A stretch of DNA of 64,000 nucleotides from Podarcis liolepis (taxonomy: Eukaryota): the NCBI GenBank assembly GCA_965112155.1, contig OZ218098.1. One strand, given 5' to 3'. Positions within the stretch are counted from its first letter, which is position 1; each line of letters begins with the position of its first letter. The translations under genes and the position numbers were made by a program. This document shows positions 24,101 through 36,346 of this stretch, one piece after another. A model generated the notes under the pieces. It ran no database searches and had not been told where the DNA came from. It saw only the letters and a list, made by a program, of their open reading frames with translations.

Positions 24101-26279
24101 GTCACCTAACAAGGTGCCTCTCACTCCGTTTCTCCAGTCATGAACTTGGTGGCAATGGCCGGGAAGATGTCCAGCGTTTTCCATTTCCCACAATGCCCCA
24201 GAATGATGCTTCATTGGCTCTTTAGGGCACTGTGAGAAAGTGAGAAGGCAGGGTGGTTTGCCAGATGTACTCAGCGCCACCTCATAGATCCTCAATGGAG
24301 GATGGGCAGATGGGTCAAACAGGTCAACATTAATGGGTCCTGGCAACACTGTGTCCTGCTCCCAGCCCTGGCCATTTGATAGATCTGAAGCCAGAAGACA
24401 CACTGTTGGAAGTACCTGAGAAGCTCCAGTGAACCACCCACCCTCCTGTTCAGTATTGACTGCTATTAGTCTCTTTTGCACATGTAAGTGGCATTCCTCT
24501 TCCTGGAAACCAGACACAATTTGGTTTCCAGGCAGACCTTCTGAGCACAAGGGAGTCAGTTGGGGAATGTAAACTTTAGTTCCTTTCTTTCTTTGTCTGG
24601 ACAGCAGGCCAGGCTTCATTGAAGGTACCCTCAGTGACCTTCCTCAGTCTCTAAGACGTGCAAGCAGAACTATCTCATGCCCTTTAATAGGTCTCAGCAA
24701 AGGCCTTATCTTGCTGTCCTCTGACCCAGAATGGCTTCTTGCAGTTCAACTGCACACCTGGTTTTTGTTCCAGAATAAAATCAAGGCTCTTCTGTTTCAT
24801 CCAAGTTACTAAAGGAGCAAAAATGCAGAAAAACTGGAGTCACTGTCTTTCTGATGAAATGCAGCAACGCCAGTAAGGTCAGAGAGATCACACAAGCCAG
24901 AGAGGCCACACTCTTCTCAAAAATGAGAAAGATAATTATTTGTTTCATTTTAAATATATTTTTCATCCTGCCTTTCCTTTTTTATTGTTGTTGTAAAAAA
25001 GCCTCCAGTTAAAAGGCAGCAATAAATATAGATAAACTATAGGCGATAAAGCCAATTCATATTTATAAGCTTTCAGGAACCGAATGATTATTGAGTGTCA
25101 GGTGAATTCCACAGCTGGGGAACCACCACAGGAGAAACCACATATCTCTGTCTCAGAGAGTCAAGGGCAGTGGGGCACCCAGAGAAGGGCCTCAGAAGAT
25201 GATCTCATTTGGCATGCAAGTCTGTAAGGGAAAAGACAGATACTAGCTCCCATAAGGACTGGAGGCCAAGGGTATTGTCATGAGTAGGGAGAGCACTAAC
25301 ATTTATGGCAATTGTGCTTTCTAAGAGCTGAGTCATTTGCTGAGGAAATGAAAAATTCTTGACTTTCTTTTAAAGTTAAGTAGATGGTTACCATTTCCCC
25401 CCCCAGAGCCTAATAAATAAATAAAAAACCCTGTAAAGCATTTATGTTATTTTTAGAGAAGGTTCAATTATGGGCCTGTCATCGTACACAGTACATCCTT
25501 TTATCAGGCCACCATGCTAACTTGTTTTTTTCCACAGTAAAGTTTGCTTAATGACCAGTTTAACAATAGATTTTTCACTGTAGGTGTTAATTAGAGCTTT
25601 GTGGACTCTATAGGATTTGTGCTCACTAAACCCTGTAATTCAAGACAAAAGAGGTAGGAGCACACCAGCCCCCTTTCTCTTTCCATGAAGACTTGACGGT
25701 GACTAAACCAAATCTAAGAAACAACAATCCCACCACCACACCGCCTTCTCTTTTCTATGGATACCCAAAATCATACCACACCGCTTCAGAGCAGAAACAA
25801 CGATAGCAAAGAACCCTTCTTTTCAGACTGCAGTTTCCGAAGTAAAAAACCAAGCTCTACCATCACTATAGTCTTTGATACAGATGTCACAGAATGTTGC
25901 TGTCTCCTCAAGTTTATTGCGAGAAGTATCTCTTCTTAGTTGTTTGGTGTCTTTGGACAGTAAATCAGCCTTGAGTCTCATCAAAATTATCCACATGAAA
26001 CAGATTGGTTTGATATATCCACTCCTCACTTAAGAGAGCTTTCAGTTACACTTGCTGAGACAAAAGGGCTGATTCACATACTGTTGTGGAGACAAAAAAC
26101 CCCTGTATATGGTGTGAGGCATATGTGGCTTGCATAATCCCTCCTCATGTGTAGAGCATAATGGATTACATACACTTTATGAGGCCTCATAGGATCCTTT
26201 CCAGCCCACCTCAGTTAAAGGGCGCAGTTGTCTTGGATTCTACTCAGCATGCTTCATATCCTTAATAAATCAGTTAATA

Positions 26280-26560
26280 CAGTGGTGCCTCGCAAGACGA
26301 AATTAATCTGTTCCGCGAGTCTCTTCGTCTTGCGAAGCACGGCTATTAGCGGCTTAGCGGCTATTAACGGCTTAGCGGCTATTAACGGCTTAGCGGCTTT
26401 AAGAAAAAGGAAACAAACTCGCAAGAACTCGCAAGACGTTTCGTCTTGCAAAGCAAGCCCATAGGGAAATTCGTCTTGCGGAACGACTCAAAAATTGGAA
26501 AACTCTTTCGTCTTGCGCATTTTTCGTCTTGCGAGGCATTCGTCTTGCGAGGTACCACTG
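26280..26560 (-). mobile_element. Tigger/pogo-like MITE, GCAAGACGAA family (opposite orientation to 23232)
   Basis: TIR CAGTGGTGCCTCGCAAGACGAA / TTCGTCTTGCGAGGTACCACTG; TA TSD; internal 18-bp tandem repeat. Confidence 0.9.
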
Positions 26561-28983
26561 TATAAATCCAATATGGTCTTTCTAAAAAGGAAAAGTTTGC
26601 AGCCAGTGCCTGAAAGACAATAGTGATAGGGCCTGGCAAAAGGACCTGGGAGAAATTCCAAAACCTGGGTGCCAACACTAAGAAGGCACCACTGACTCCA
26701 TTAAGATTGAGCCGTATGTGCTGTTATTTTGGACTTGTGTGCACATGCTCAGCACAATCAAATATGGCTAGTTGAATGAAGAATTAAGATTCTTTTCTTG
26801 GGTGGGTGTCTAGGGGAGAGAAGAGTTCATATTCATGACATGAATCTTGCATGAACCTAGAATTCCTCTGAAAGATGTGTATAAACAATAATTAGAGGAC
26901 AAAGACTAGGCTTTAACTTTTGAGATGTTGTCTGAGTCACACCCAGAAAAGACCTACTGAAATAAATGGATTTGAATTAGCTGTTCCCATTGACTTTAAT
27001 GAGTCTACTCTGAATGTAACCTACAGTGCAATTCTAACCATCCATAGTCAGAAGAACGTCCTATGGAACTGAATGGGTCTTACTCCTAGGTAAGTGGGGT
27101 CAGCACTGCAGTCTTTGCTGAATTCAACCCTTTGACTATAAAATTACACTTATTGACACAAAGTACAAACTTCAGTGGAATGGTGTTCATGAGTCCTATA
27201 CTTTGAAGACCAGTCTCTATGATTACTAAGAAAGTAACACCAGTAAAACACCACATCCATTATTCATCAAATGATTGATGCAAATTCCCCTACACACTAG
27301 TTCTATGGGGCCTGAGTGATATTTGAGACTCTCAAGGGTATATGGCTACTGGCATGTAAGCTACAATTCTGAATTTTGGAGGAGTGGTATTGATGTGTTG
27401 CAAGTTGAGAAATACAGTATTATATGGATAGATATGAGTGAGCCAGAGCCAAGTTATTAACGAGAGGGGGGGGGGGAACCTCCCTCCTGCTATTCCCACA
27501 CATTTCATTATATAAGACGTTGACCTGACCTGTAGACATTGCCACTAATGCTTCCTTCTGTGGGTTTGCGCTTGTAATTAGTTGTGCCATGCTGGCAATG
27601 CAGATTTCTCCCCAGTGAACCTGCATATACTAAATTGTATCAGCTTGAGCAGCACATTTGGAGGAGACACAACCCTTTGCCTTTTCTTTCCTGTGACTGA
27701 TTTACAACTGCTTATCGCGGTACACAATCCCAAAGCACTAGCTAGTATTGAGATCACCTGGCAGTGATTTGCAAAGTCTGAGAGGTGGTAAGTAAAGCCT
27801 TCAGGTGAGAGCTGGGAACTTTGCTAGGGCAGTGTTTGGAAAGCTCTGCCTGTGCCTTCTGTAAATCAATGACTTTTCTCCAGGGCCGTCAATCTGGCAC
27901 CTTTCACAAGTGTTAAATTCACTTAAATATTTCCCCCCCTTAAGAAGCTGTCATGAGACATACTGAAGCAAATATGTCCTTTAGTGGATACACATGGACT
28001 CTGTTGTAACAGTGTCTGTTAAGTGAGCTGACATCCTAGGATGATTTAAAAAATAAATAAATTCAACATTTGTTGGGTATCATCGTACTCTCTATGCCAA
28101 ATAGTTTCAAAGCTGGAAATAGCCGAATGAAGATAAAAACAACAACAATGGAATGCTGACCAATATATGCTTAAAAGAAATGGAATACTGTTTGCTTTGA
28201 CCATAGATGGACAAAATCTATGCCATTTTTTGGCACTTTACAAGCTGCAGGTACATCATGTTGCTCAGCACGTGTTGTCCTCACCTTATGTTGTCTAGAG
28301 ATTCTAAGTGGAATGATGCTAGCATAGGTCTCTGACTTCCTCTAGAGAAGAGAATGATTCAGAGTGACATTGTACATGTGTGCCTGAATTTATCCTCTTT
28401 GTCCCCAAAGATTTGACAACTTCATGTTCATAACTCTTTAAGCTTAGATGTTTTTTATCTGGTGTGTGGAAACCAATATATTGGGGTGGTAAAGAGTGTG
28501 AGCTTCACATCATGAAATTCTCAGTTAAAACAATTTCAGCTACAAACTCACTGGATGGGCTTAAATAAGCTACTCTCTCTATCCCCTTTATGCTCCCATC
28601 TGCAATATGAGAAAATAAGAATACTTTAAGACTTTCCATGGTGGTTTCAATTATTGCCAAAGAGTTTTGAATATCCAAGAAAACACAACTGTGTATAAAT
28701 GCTAAGCTCATTATTCCATATATTATAGATCCATTACACAGAAGGGAAGTAGAATTATTTGCTTAGGGCCACTGAGGACCCTAAACAGAGATGAAATTAA
28801 TTGTGTCTTTACATTTATTCTGCACCTCTGGAGTGTGGGCTTATAATGAATGGGGATCACAGCAGGCATAGGTGGCAGTGGCTGCGATTTAACCTTTTGT
28901 TTCCCTGCTACATTCCTGAGGAAAATGCCTCTTCCACAGCAAACAACAGCTTCAAAAGATTGCACCAAGGGAAGAAAGAGTTA

Positions 28984-29326
28984 CCGTATTTTTTGCACCA
29001 CAACACTCACTTTTTTCCTCCTAGAAAGTCAGGGGAAATGTCTGTGCATGTTATGGAGGGAATGCCTACGGGTGGCGGGGGGGATCTGCTGCAGTCGTGA
29101 GCAGAGGATCCATGGTTCTCCTCCGTGGTTACAAAGCATGGATCCTCAGGATTTTTGCATTGGGCTACTCCAAACTCACTGTCAGATCACATGTCTGTGG
29201 CCACAGCATGAACCACAAAAATCATATATCCACTATTTCGTTTAGAATATTTTTTTTCTTGTTTTCCTCCTCTAAAAACTACGTGCGTGTTATGGTCTGG
29301 TGCGTGTTATAGAGCGAAAAATACGG
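28984..29326 (-). mobile_element. Tc2/pogo-like MITE (CCGTATTTTT family), longest copy
   Basis: TIR CCGTATTTTT / AAAAATACGG; TA TSD; homologous to 19629 and 47191. Confidence 0.85.
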
Positions 29327-30729
29327 TAAATTCCCATCCACACCTGCTGTGATCCTAATCATTATAAGCCCCTGTTCGGCCTGAGTTCAAGGCTAAGCTG
29401 GGATCTAAAGCTAAACCATACCTAAAGGCGTACATCTCTCCAGCCTCTTATTACTGAGAACAATAAAGAATTATGTTGGAAAAGCTACTGAGAACAATGT
29501 TAGAAACAATGGGTCTTACCAGTTATTTGCATTTCGTGTTAATGATTGTGTCAATACATTACAGTAAGGTTAAAGGTAGGACTGCAGCCATAAAGTCGTA
29601 GGATTAAGTCTTCCCCAAGACTGTAAACCACATGCAGTGACAAAAGCACCAACCACCACACTGAACATGCTAAATATGATTCATTCATTGTAGATCATTT
29701 CTATTGATCCAGCTTTGACTTCTCAGAACAGTTTAATCACAGCTGCCTGGAAGAGGGTAATGGATGGCTTAGGGGATTGGTTACGGGATACACAGCAAGC
29801 CATTCTCAGGTCACAGGTTCAATCCCACAACTAGTTTGGCAATTACCAGAAGTCGTTATTACTGTATCTGGTGACTTATGTGAAATAAACTAGTGGAATT
29901 TCATTTGAGTCACTCTCGAGAAAAAATACGCACTTGCATACCCTTCCTAAACATCATAATCAATACCAAGGGTGTGCAAATCAGAATGTTCCTTGAGCCA
30001 TTTTTGTAGGACAGTGAGTGGCAGTGACTCCATCAAATTTATTTTGCTAATAAATTTGCAACCATACAAATGCAAGCGTACTAATTTGCTTAGGGCAACC
30101 TCTCAGAGGTTTGGCATCTATGACACACAATGTGCATATGAATCAGTAATTATTCAGCACCATGCTAGTTTACTTTGTGTTTACTATGGAGAACAGCACT
30201 TTGATTTCTGAAGCCTTAAGCCACATCTGCAAAGAAGGCTATAAGCAGAAGTTGGCTCTAGATGATATTGGGTTTATTAAATGAAGGGCGCTGAGAACGG
30301 AAACTGATGTGACGTTCTAATCACTTTTGAGAAACATGAAGGGCTAGTGATGGAGAGGTGACCTTTATTTCAGCAAGGAAGATATCCCCATAAAAAAGAA
30401 GGCCAAGCTGTGAGGTACAGTGAAACACTGTTGTGATTTATTCTTGTACCTGTTTCTGGGAGGGAGGGGGAGCCCTACTGTGACCCATGGCCACAGCATC
30501 CAGTTTTAATAATCTTACAGCACTGCTAGAGGGAAATAAAACATCCAATAAGAGGTGTCAGTTGCAAAATGAAGCAAGATGCCCACTCTCTAAACCAATC
30601 TGTGGTCATCACTGGTACTATATATGCCATAGGCCCTAACTTGTCAGTGAATATCAGACCCTCTTCATTAAAGTACATGTCAGTGAAGAGGACAGGGTCT
30701 AATGGAGGCTCAAAAATCTTTCCCAGTAA

Positions 30730-31452
30730 CGTCGTGAATTCCAGGGGTCCAATAACGAGAACAGTTATTTTAAATAAAAATTAGATTAAAAAATAAATAA
30801 ATAGGGTGTTTTAAAGCTACTATGATAGTCTTATGGGGAAACAGAGATTCCCCCAGAGTGCCAGATTTCCTCCTCTAGATTTTTGGGTGCTGGGATTTAA
30901 TCAGAGTGCTGATAATTAAGGTGAGTTGACAGGCTGAGCTTGTTTTTCTGCCAGACAGAGAGGCAGAGGGAGATGATGGCCCTGTCTAATTAACCCACAG
31001 CAAAAGTCACCAACAAGACAAAAGACCCTACCGGGTAACCAAGAGGGAGGCTGCCAGGCCAGGCCAACGTGGGTGTGATGTGACACAGAAAAAAGTTGTC
31101 CTTTTATACAGAGGTTTCTGACAAGTGTTCTGGGAATGGGGACGAAAAATTGGCAGAACTCCATGTGCACTGACTGGTAGAGACTGGGGGCCATGGCTGG
31201 CTGCTGCTTTCGACTCAAGATTGCTGAAGCTATGACAGGAGCAACGAGATACATTCTTCAGGTGTAATGTTCTGCACCCTCTCCATTTAAGGCTTCAGCT
31301 GTAAACAGGTGTGAATAAACCATATTTCCTAAGACACTGCAAACTCCTATGTTCCTTGATTTTGCAACGGAAACACAACTCTGGGCGAGAGTCTGGAACC
31401 CGCTGGAACCTTAGTACAGTACTGCTCGGCAGAGGTTGAGGGTGGTGTGTAT
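30730..31452 (+). mobile_element. Probable degraded solo LTR (Gypsy-like)
   Basis: About 0.7 kb with AATAAA at about 31314 followed by a U5-like segment (CCATATT..AAGACAC..CTGGAACCC..GGGTGGTGTG) recalling a lizard LTR family; termini degenerate. Confidence 0.4.
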
Positions 31453-31537
31453 GGAAGGCGGTGGGAAAAACCCTCCAGTGGGGTAGAAGGCTTGATAGAT
31501 TACTTCGCCAGAGCACAGTAACACCAATTTTATATCA

Positions 31538-31795
31538 GAAGATGATGAAGAAGAAGAGTTTGGATTTGATATCCCGCCTTTCACTCCCTTTAAGGAGTCT
31601 CAAAGCGGCTAACATTCTCCTTTCCCTTCCTCCCCCACAACAAACACTCTGTGAGGTGAGTGGGACTGAGAGACTTCAGAGAAGTGTGACTGGCCCAATG
31701 TCACCCAGCAGCTGCATGTGGAGGAGTGGAGATGTGAACCCGGTTCCCCAGATTACGAATTTACCGCACTTAATCACTACACCACACTGGCTCTC
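31538..31795 (-). mobile_element. Squam3-type CORE-SINE, full length
   Basis: Reverse-complement match to 8270-8515 and 45382-45626. Confidence 0.9.
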
Positions 31796-32018
31796 AGCAT
31801 GCTTTTGTACTTAAGCAAATTAATTTACTTGCTTAAAATATTGGATCCCATCCTCTTTGAAACTAGGGCAAAACTTCCAACAACAAAATAGTAACAATAT
31901 GGATGTCAACAAGAATCCATTAAGAATAAGACTAGAATACAAAAACTTGGTTCTGCCATATGATTCTCACTGGTCTCTAAACAGTCTCTGAAGGGTCTCT
32001 CTGTTGTGTTTTTATATG

Positions 32019-32259
32019 CACTGGTACCTCTAGTTACGAACTTAATTCGTTCCGGAGGTCCGTTCTCAACCTGAAACTGTTCTTAACTAGAGGCGTGCTT
32101 TCACTAATGGGGCCTCTTGCTGCCGCTGCACCACCGGCACACAATTTCCATTCTCATCCTGGGGCAAAGTTCTCAACTCAAGGTAACTCTTCCAGGTTAG
32201 CGGAGTTTGTAACCTGAAGCATTTGTAACCTGAGGCATTTGTAACTCAAGGTACCACTG
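32019..32259 (-). mobile_element. Tigger/pogo-like MITE, CAGGTTA family, inserted in an L2-type 3' tail
   Basis: Ends CACTGGTACCTC / AAGGTACCACTG plus TA; flanks rejoin as TTGTGTTTTTATA..TGGAAGCCACCCAGAGTGGCTGGGGCAACCCA..(TAT)n. Confidence 0.85.
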
Positions 32260-33237
32260 TACTGGAAGCCACCCAGAGTGGCTGGGGCAACCCATTCATA
32301 TGGGCTTGGTAGAAAAAATGAATTACTATTATTATTACTACTACTATTATTATTATGACAGAAAGTATTGTGCAGTGACTAATGGGGATTCCAGACTGCA
32401 GCTTAATCTAGTAAAGAGTCATTCAGATATCGCAAGCAGGTTGTGGGCAACATTTTCTTCTTTTAACATTAGATATCTGGATAAAATGGGGGAGCATGGA
32501 CTGGCATTTTGATGTAAATAATGTCATGTGGATACCGCAAAAAATATGCCTGCATGAGTAGCACCATTCCCACAATCAACACCTGTTTGGAAGTGCCCCA
32601 AGAGTGTGACATAATAATTTGATTCAGTGCTGCTTATTTGTTCAGCATTTTATGAATTGGTGATGTTTTAATGCCCTTATGATATGATTTGTCTTATGGT
32701 TTGGCAGTTCAGAAATATTTTTTAAAGTAAATTAATAAAAAATAAAATTACACATACATTCACCAGTTCAAAGCTCACCTGACTACAAGCTCATCAACAC
32801 ATAAAGGTCTTTAATTGTTTTTATATATGAACTTGTTTTATATATGCTCTTATTGTATTGTAAAAGTGCTTTGAGAAGCAATTCATAAATGAAATAAACA
32901 ACAGCAGCAGCACAATTCTAAACATTCTTACTGAGAAACAAGTCTCACTAGGTTTAACAGGATTCACTACCTTCGCAAGTGTGTTTAATGCAACAATCCC
33001 ATGCCAGAATACTTGGGAATAAAGGTAAAGGTAAAGGGACCCCTGACCATTAGGTCCAGTTGTGGCCGACTCTGGGGTTGTGGCACTCATCTCGCTTTAT
33101 TGGCCGAGGGAGCCGGCGTACAGCATCCGGGTCATGTGGCCAGCATGACTAAGCCGCTTCTGGCAAACCAGAGCAGTGCATGGAAACGCCATTTACCTTC
33201 CTGCCGGAGCGGTACCTATTTATCTACTTGCACTTTG

Positions 33238-34540
33238 TTGTTTTTTTTAATATAATTTTTTATTGGTTTTACAAAAGTTTTTTAAACAATACGAACATAT
33301 AAAAAGACATACGAACACGTATACTTTCATAACTTTTTTTTTCATGCACCTCGTTTCTCGGACTCCCCCATACCTCCCTTTTCTGCATCCCAATGTCCAA
33401 GGTTTTCCAGCAACTTCCAATTAATTCTATCAAACATATCTTAATCTTTCCTTCAGTCTAATCTTATATCGCTGTAACCCTTTCTTTCTCAAAACCTCGA
33501 CATTCTAACATTCATCAAGTCTATAATAGTCCTTAAGATAAATTTTAAATTTCTTCCATTCTTCTTCTGCCGTCTCCTTCCCCTGGTCGTGGATTCTGCC
33601 GGTCATCTCAGCCAGTGTCATATAGTCCATCACTTTCATCTGCCATTCTTCCAGAGTGGGTAGATCTTGTGTCTTCCAATACTTTGCGATGAGTATTCTT
33701 GCTGCTGTCGTAGCATACAAAAAGAAAATTCTATCTTTCTTTGACACCAATTGGCCGACAATGCCCAAGAGAAAGGCCTCTGGTTTTTTAGGGAAAGTAC
33801 ATTTAAGTACCTTTTTCATTTCATTATATATCATTTCCCAGAAAGCCTTAATCTTCGGGCACGTCCACCAAAGGTGATAAAAAGTACCCTCGGTTTCTTT
33901 ACACTTCCAACACTTATTGTCAGGCAAATGATAAATTTTTGCTAGCTTGACTGGGATCATGTACCACCTGTAAATCATTTTCATAATATTTTCCTTTAAG
34001 GCATTACATGCCATAAATTTTATACCGGTGTTCCACAACCATTCCCAGTCAGCAAACATAATGTTATGACCAATATCCTGTGCCCACTTAATCATAGCCG
34101 ATTTAACTGTTTCATCTTGTGTATTCCATTTCAGCAGCAAATTGTACATTCTTGACAAATTCTTGGTATTGGGTTCTAACAATTCAGTTTCTAATTTTGA
34201 TTTCTCCACCTGGAAGCCAATTTTCCTATCTTGTTTGAAGATCTTCATTATTTGATAATAATGGAGCCAATCTCATACTTTAGGTTTCAATTTCTCATGG
34301 CTCTGTAATTTCAATTTATCTCCATCTTGTTCCAAGATTTCCCAATACTTTGGCCATTCGGCCTCCATATTGAGTTTCTTCAATGCCTTAGCCTCCAAGG
34401 GTGACAACCATCTAGGGGTTTTATTTTCCAACAAGTCTTTATATCTTATCCAAACATTAAACAACGCTTTTCTGACAATGTGATTTTTAAAGGCCCTATG
34501 CACTTTGATTTTATCATACCATAAATATGCATGCCAGCCA
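33238..34540 (-). mobile_element. 5'-truncated L1-clade LINE (3' 1.3 kb)
   Basis: ORF2 C-terminus with CCHC motif CWKCKETEGTFYHLWWTC; AATAAA and A-rich tail at 33238-33264; 17-bp TSD TATCTACTTGCACTTTG at 33221-33237 and 34541-34557. Confidence 0.92.
33505..34540 (-). pseudogene. L1 ORF2 C-terminal remnant (about 345 codons, one in-frame TGA at 34273-34275)
   Basis: ORFs 34273..34602 and 33505..34248 are in the same frame: ..KLKPKV*DWLHYYQIMKIFKQ.. Confidence 0.85.
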
Positions 34541-34744
34541 TATCTACTTGCACTTTGATGTGCTTTCGAACTGATAGGTTGGCAGGAGCAGGGACCGAGC
34601 AACGGGAGCTCACCCCGTCATGGGGATTCGAACCACCGACCTTCTGATCGGCAAGTCCTAGGCTCTGTGGTTTAACCCACAGTGCCACCCGCGTCCCCAT
34701 ACTTGGGAATAACCTTCACTAATTTACCACCAAGCAGCAATGTA

Positions 34745-35140
34745 TAGCATTGAGCCCACAACAACATTGCTGCTACCTGTAAGGTAGATGAAGCTGGGAG
34801 GCAGTTTGGCCCAAGGTCATCCTATTAGCTTCATAACTGAGTGGGAATTTGAACCCTGATGTCCACCACACTGGCTCTCATAATGCTGCAATCCTGAGCA
34901 CACTTAACAGAGAGTAAAGCCCTTTGATCTCAACAGCTTACTCCCAAGTGCCATTAGCATCTTGCCACTACCTAAGTTCACTACCTGTCAACCTTCAGTG
35001 ACGCCATTTCCCTAACCCTCACATATGCAAGATAATAGTCCTGGTTTTACCATACAGGGTTGTTGTAAAGATTCCTGAGATAATGTGCACAGTGCAATTT
35101 GAACATCTGAAATGTGTTAGAGAAACAGTATGTATTATTG
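34745..35140. mobile_element. Old CORE-SINE remnants: Squam3-like on minus (34745-34880), MIR-like on plus (34975-35140)
   Basis: GGCCCAAGGTCATCC..GGGAATTTGAACCC..ACCACACTGGCTCTC; CAGGGTTGTTGTAAAGATT..GAGATAATGTG. Confidence 0.55.
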
Positions 35141-35229
35141 AAGAATTTACAAGGGTAAACAGTAAAATATAACCCCCTACACTTTGGTATTTTATTGTAT
35201 AAGGAGGCAGGGGAAAAATATAGAAAAGA

Positions 35230-36190
35230 AAATCACTTTACTATATAATATGGGCATTAAGTTTACTTATTTTGTGGGATAAACCAATCTTTATAATGGG
35301 TTATTTAAAGTTTTAGCAACTAATTTAGGTAAATGTTGTATTTTCGAACAATCCATAGCTCTGTATCGTGATTCCAAGTTATTGCTTTCTACTTCTAGCA
35401 TGAGCTATAAAGCAAAATATTAAAGCAGTAAACTTTTTTCCCCTGGATATACAGTGCATAGTTATTTATTCGCCTATATTCCATTTCTCTCCAGGGAAAT
35501 CTGGAAGTTTTAAATCCATTGATCCCCCACACTTTCAGTATTTGCCTTCTTCTTGGCCTCTGAGATAGTTTCTGTTTGCCAGTCAAATTCTAGAGATTTG
35601 TTTGCAAATTATAAATCCTATTGTGGTTTCATCTTTAACCAGTGACCAGTATTTTATTTAAAGGTACCCCTCTCATAAAGTGTTTTATTCTGAAGGCACG
35701 GTAAAGATTTACAATATGCTAAACCGGGCAAAAACTCTCTAGTAATCAGCAACAATACATTTTACACTCTATCATAATAATTTTTTCTGCCTCCACGTCG
35801 ATAAAACTTTCCCTCCTTTTTACAATGGTTTACAACTTAAATAATTTAATACAACAGTTGTTATATTTTTATTGCAGGCTTATAAAACTTGTGCTATAAG
35901 TCTCTCCTATGCAATATATTAACCAAAAAATGACAGAGTAGACGGGTAGCTACTGATTACTAAACCTATAATTCAGGCTTGAAGTTCTGAAGACGTTATA
36001 AATGGCTTTTACTTCACTTGCACACTCTAGATGTGTCTTTCAAATGAACTGCCTGCCTCTTGGCATTCAATCTTTCTGCATCCATTACTTCCTTGTGTAT
36101 ATATTATAAACAAAAAAGGCGTTCACATTTCAGACGACACACATTGTAGCACAATAAACTGCTTCTAGTCAACGAGAATAAAGGATTGGT
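35230..36190. promoter_or_regulatory. Candidate enhancer with a posterior HOX/CDX motif cluster
   Basis: About 1 kb unique and repeat-free; CTCATAAAG 35672, GTCGATAAAA 35797, TTTTATTGC 35867, CTTATAAAA 35879, several TTTAC, TGACAG 35931. Confidence 0.4.
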
Positions 36191-36346
36191 CAGGGAATCA
36201 CAGGCACAATCTAATGGGAAACGGTCTTGGAGCAGGGCTTATTAAAACACATGGAAGCTGCTCTGGGGCAAATAGTTCATGCAAATCTTATTCATGCCCA
36301 CAGCCAGCACCTGCAGATGGGCAGCCTCTCCATATGCTCCTTAAGA

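Larger units (their letters stand above)
33023..34698 (-). mobile_element. Sauria SINE (Squam1), full length, split by an L1 insertion
   Basis: 5' part 34558-34698 (GGGACGCGGGTGGCACTGTGGGTTAAACC..GGTTCGAATCC); 3' part 33023-33237 ending (ACCTTT)n; 14-bp TSD ATACTTGGGAATAA at 33009-33022 and 34699-34712. Confidence 0.93.

Noticed and set aside
23936-24619. 227-aa minus-strand ORF, the longest non-TE ORF
   Set aside because: No recognisable domain; runs through an (AAT)n microsatellite giving poly-Leu; no convincing splice boundaries
26340-26400. Short repeats as a CRISPR-like array or coding repeat (AAINGL)n
   Set aside because: No spacers; vertebrate DNA; lies inside a TA-flanked MITE
33505-34248. 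247-aa ORF as a host gene or domesticated protein
   Set aside because: It is the 3' end of L1 ORF2, bounded by TSDs and an A-tail, with an upstream in-frame stop
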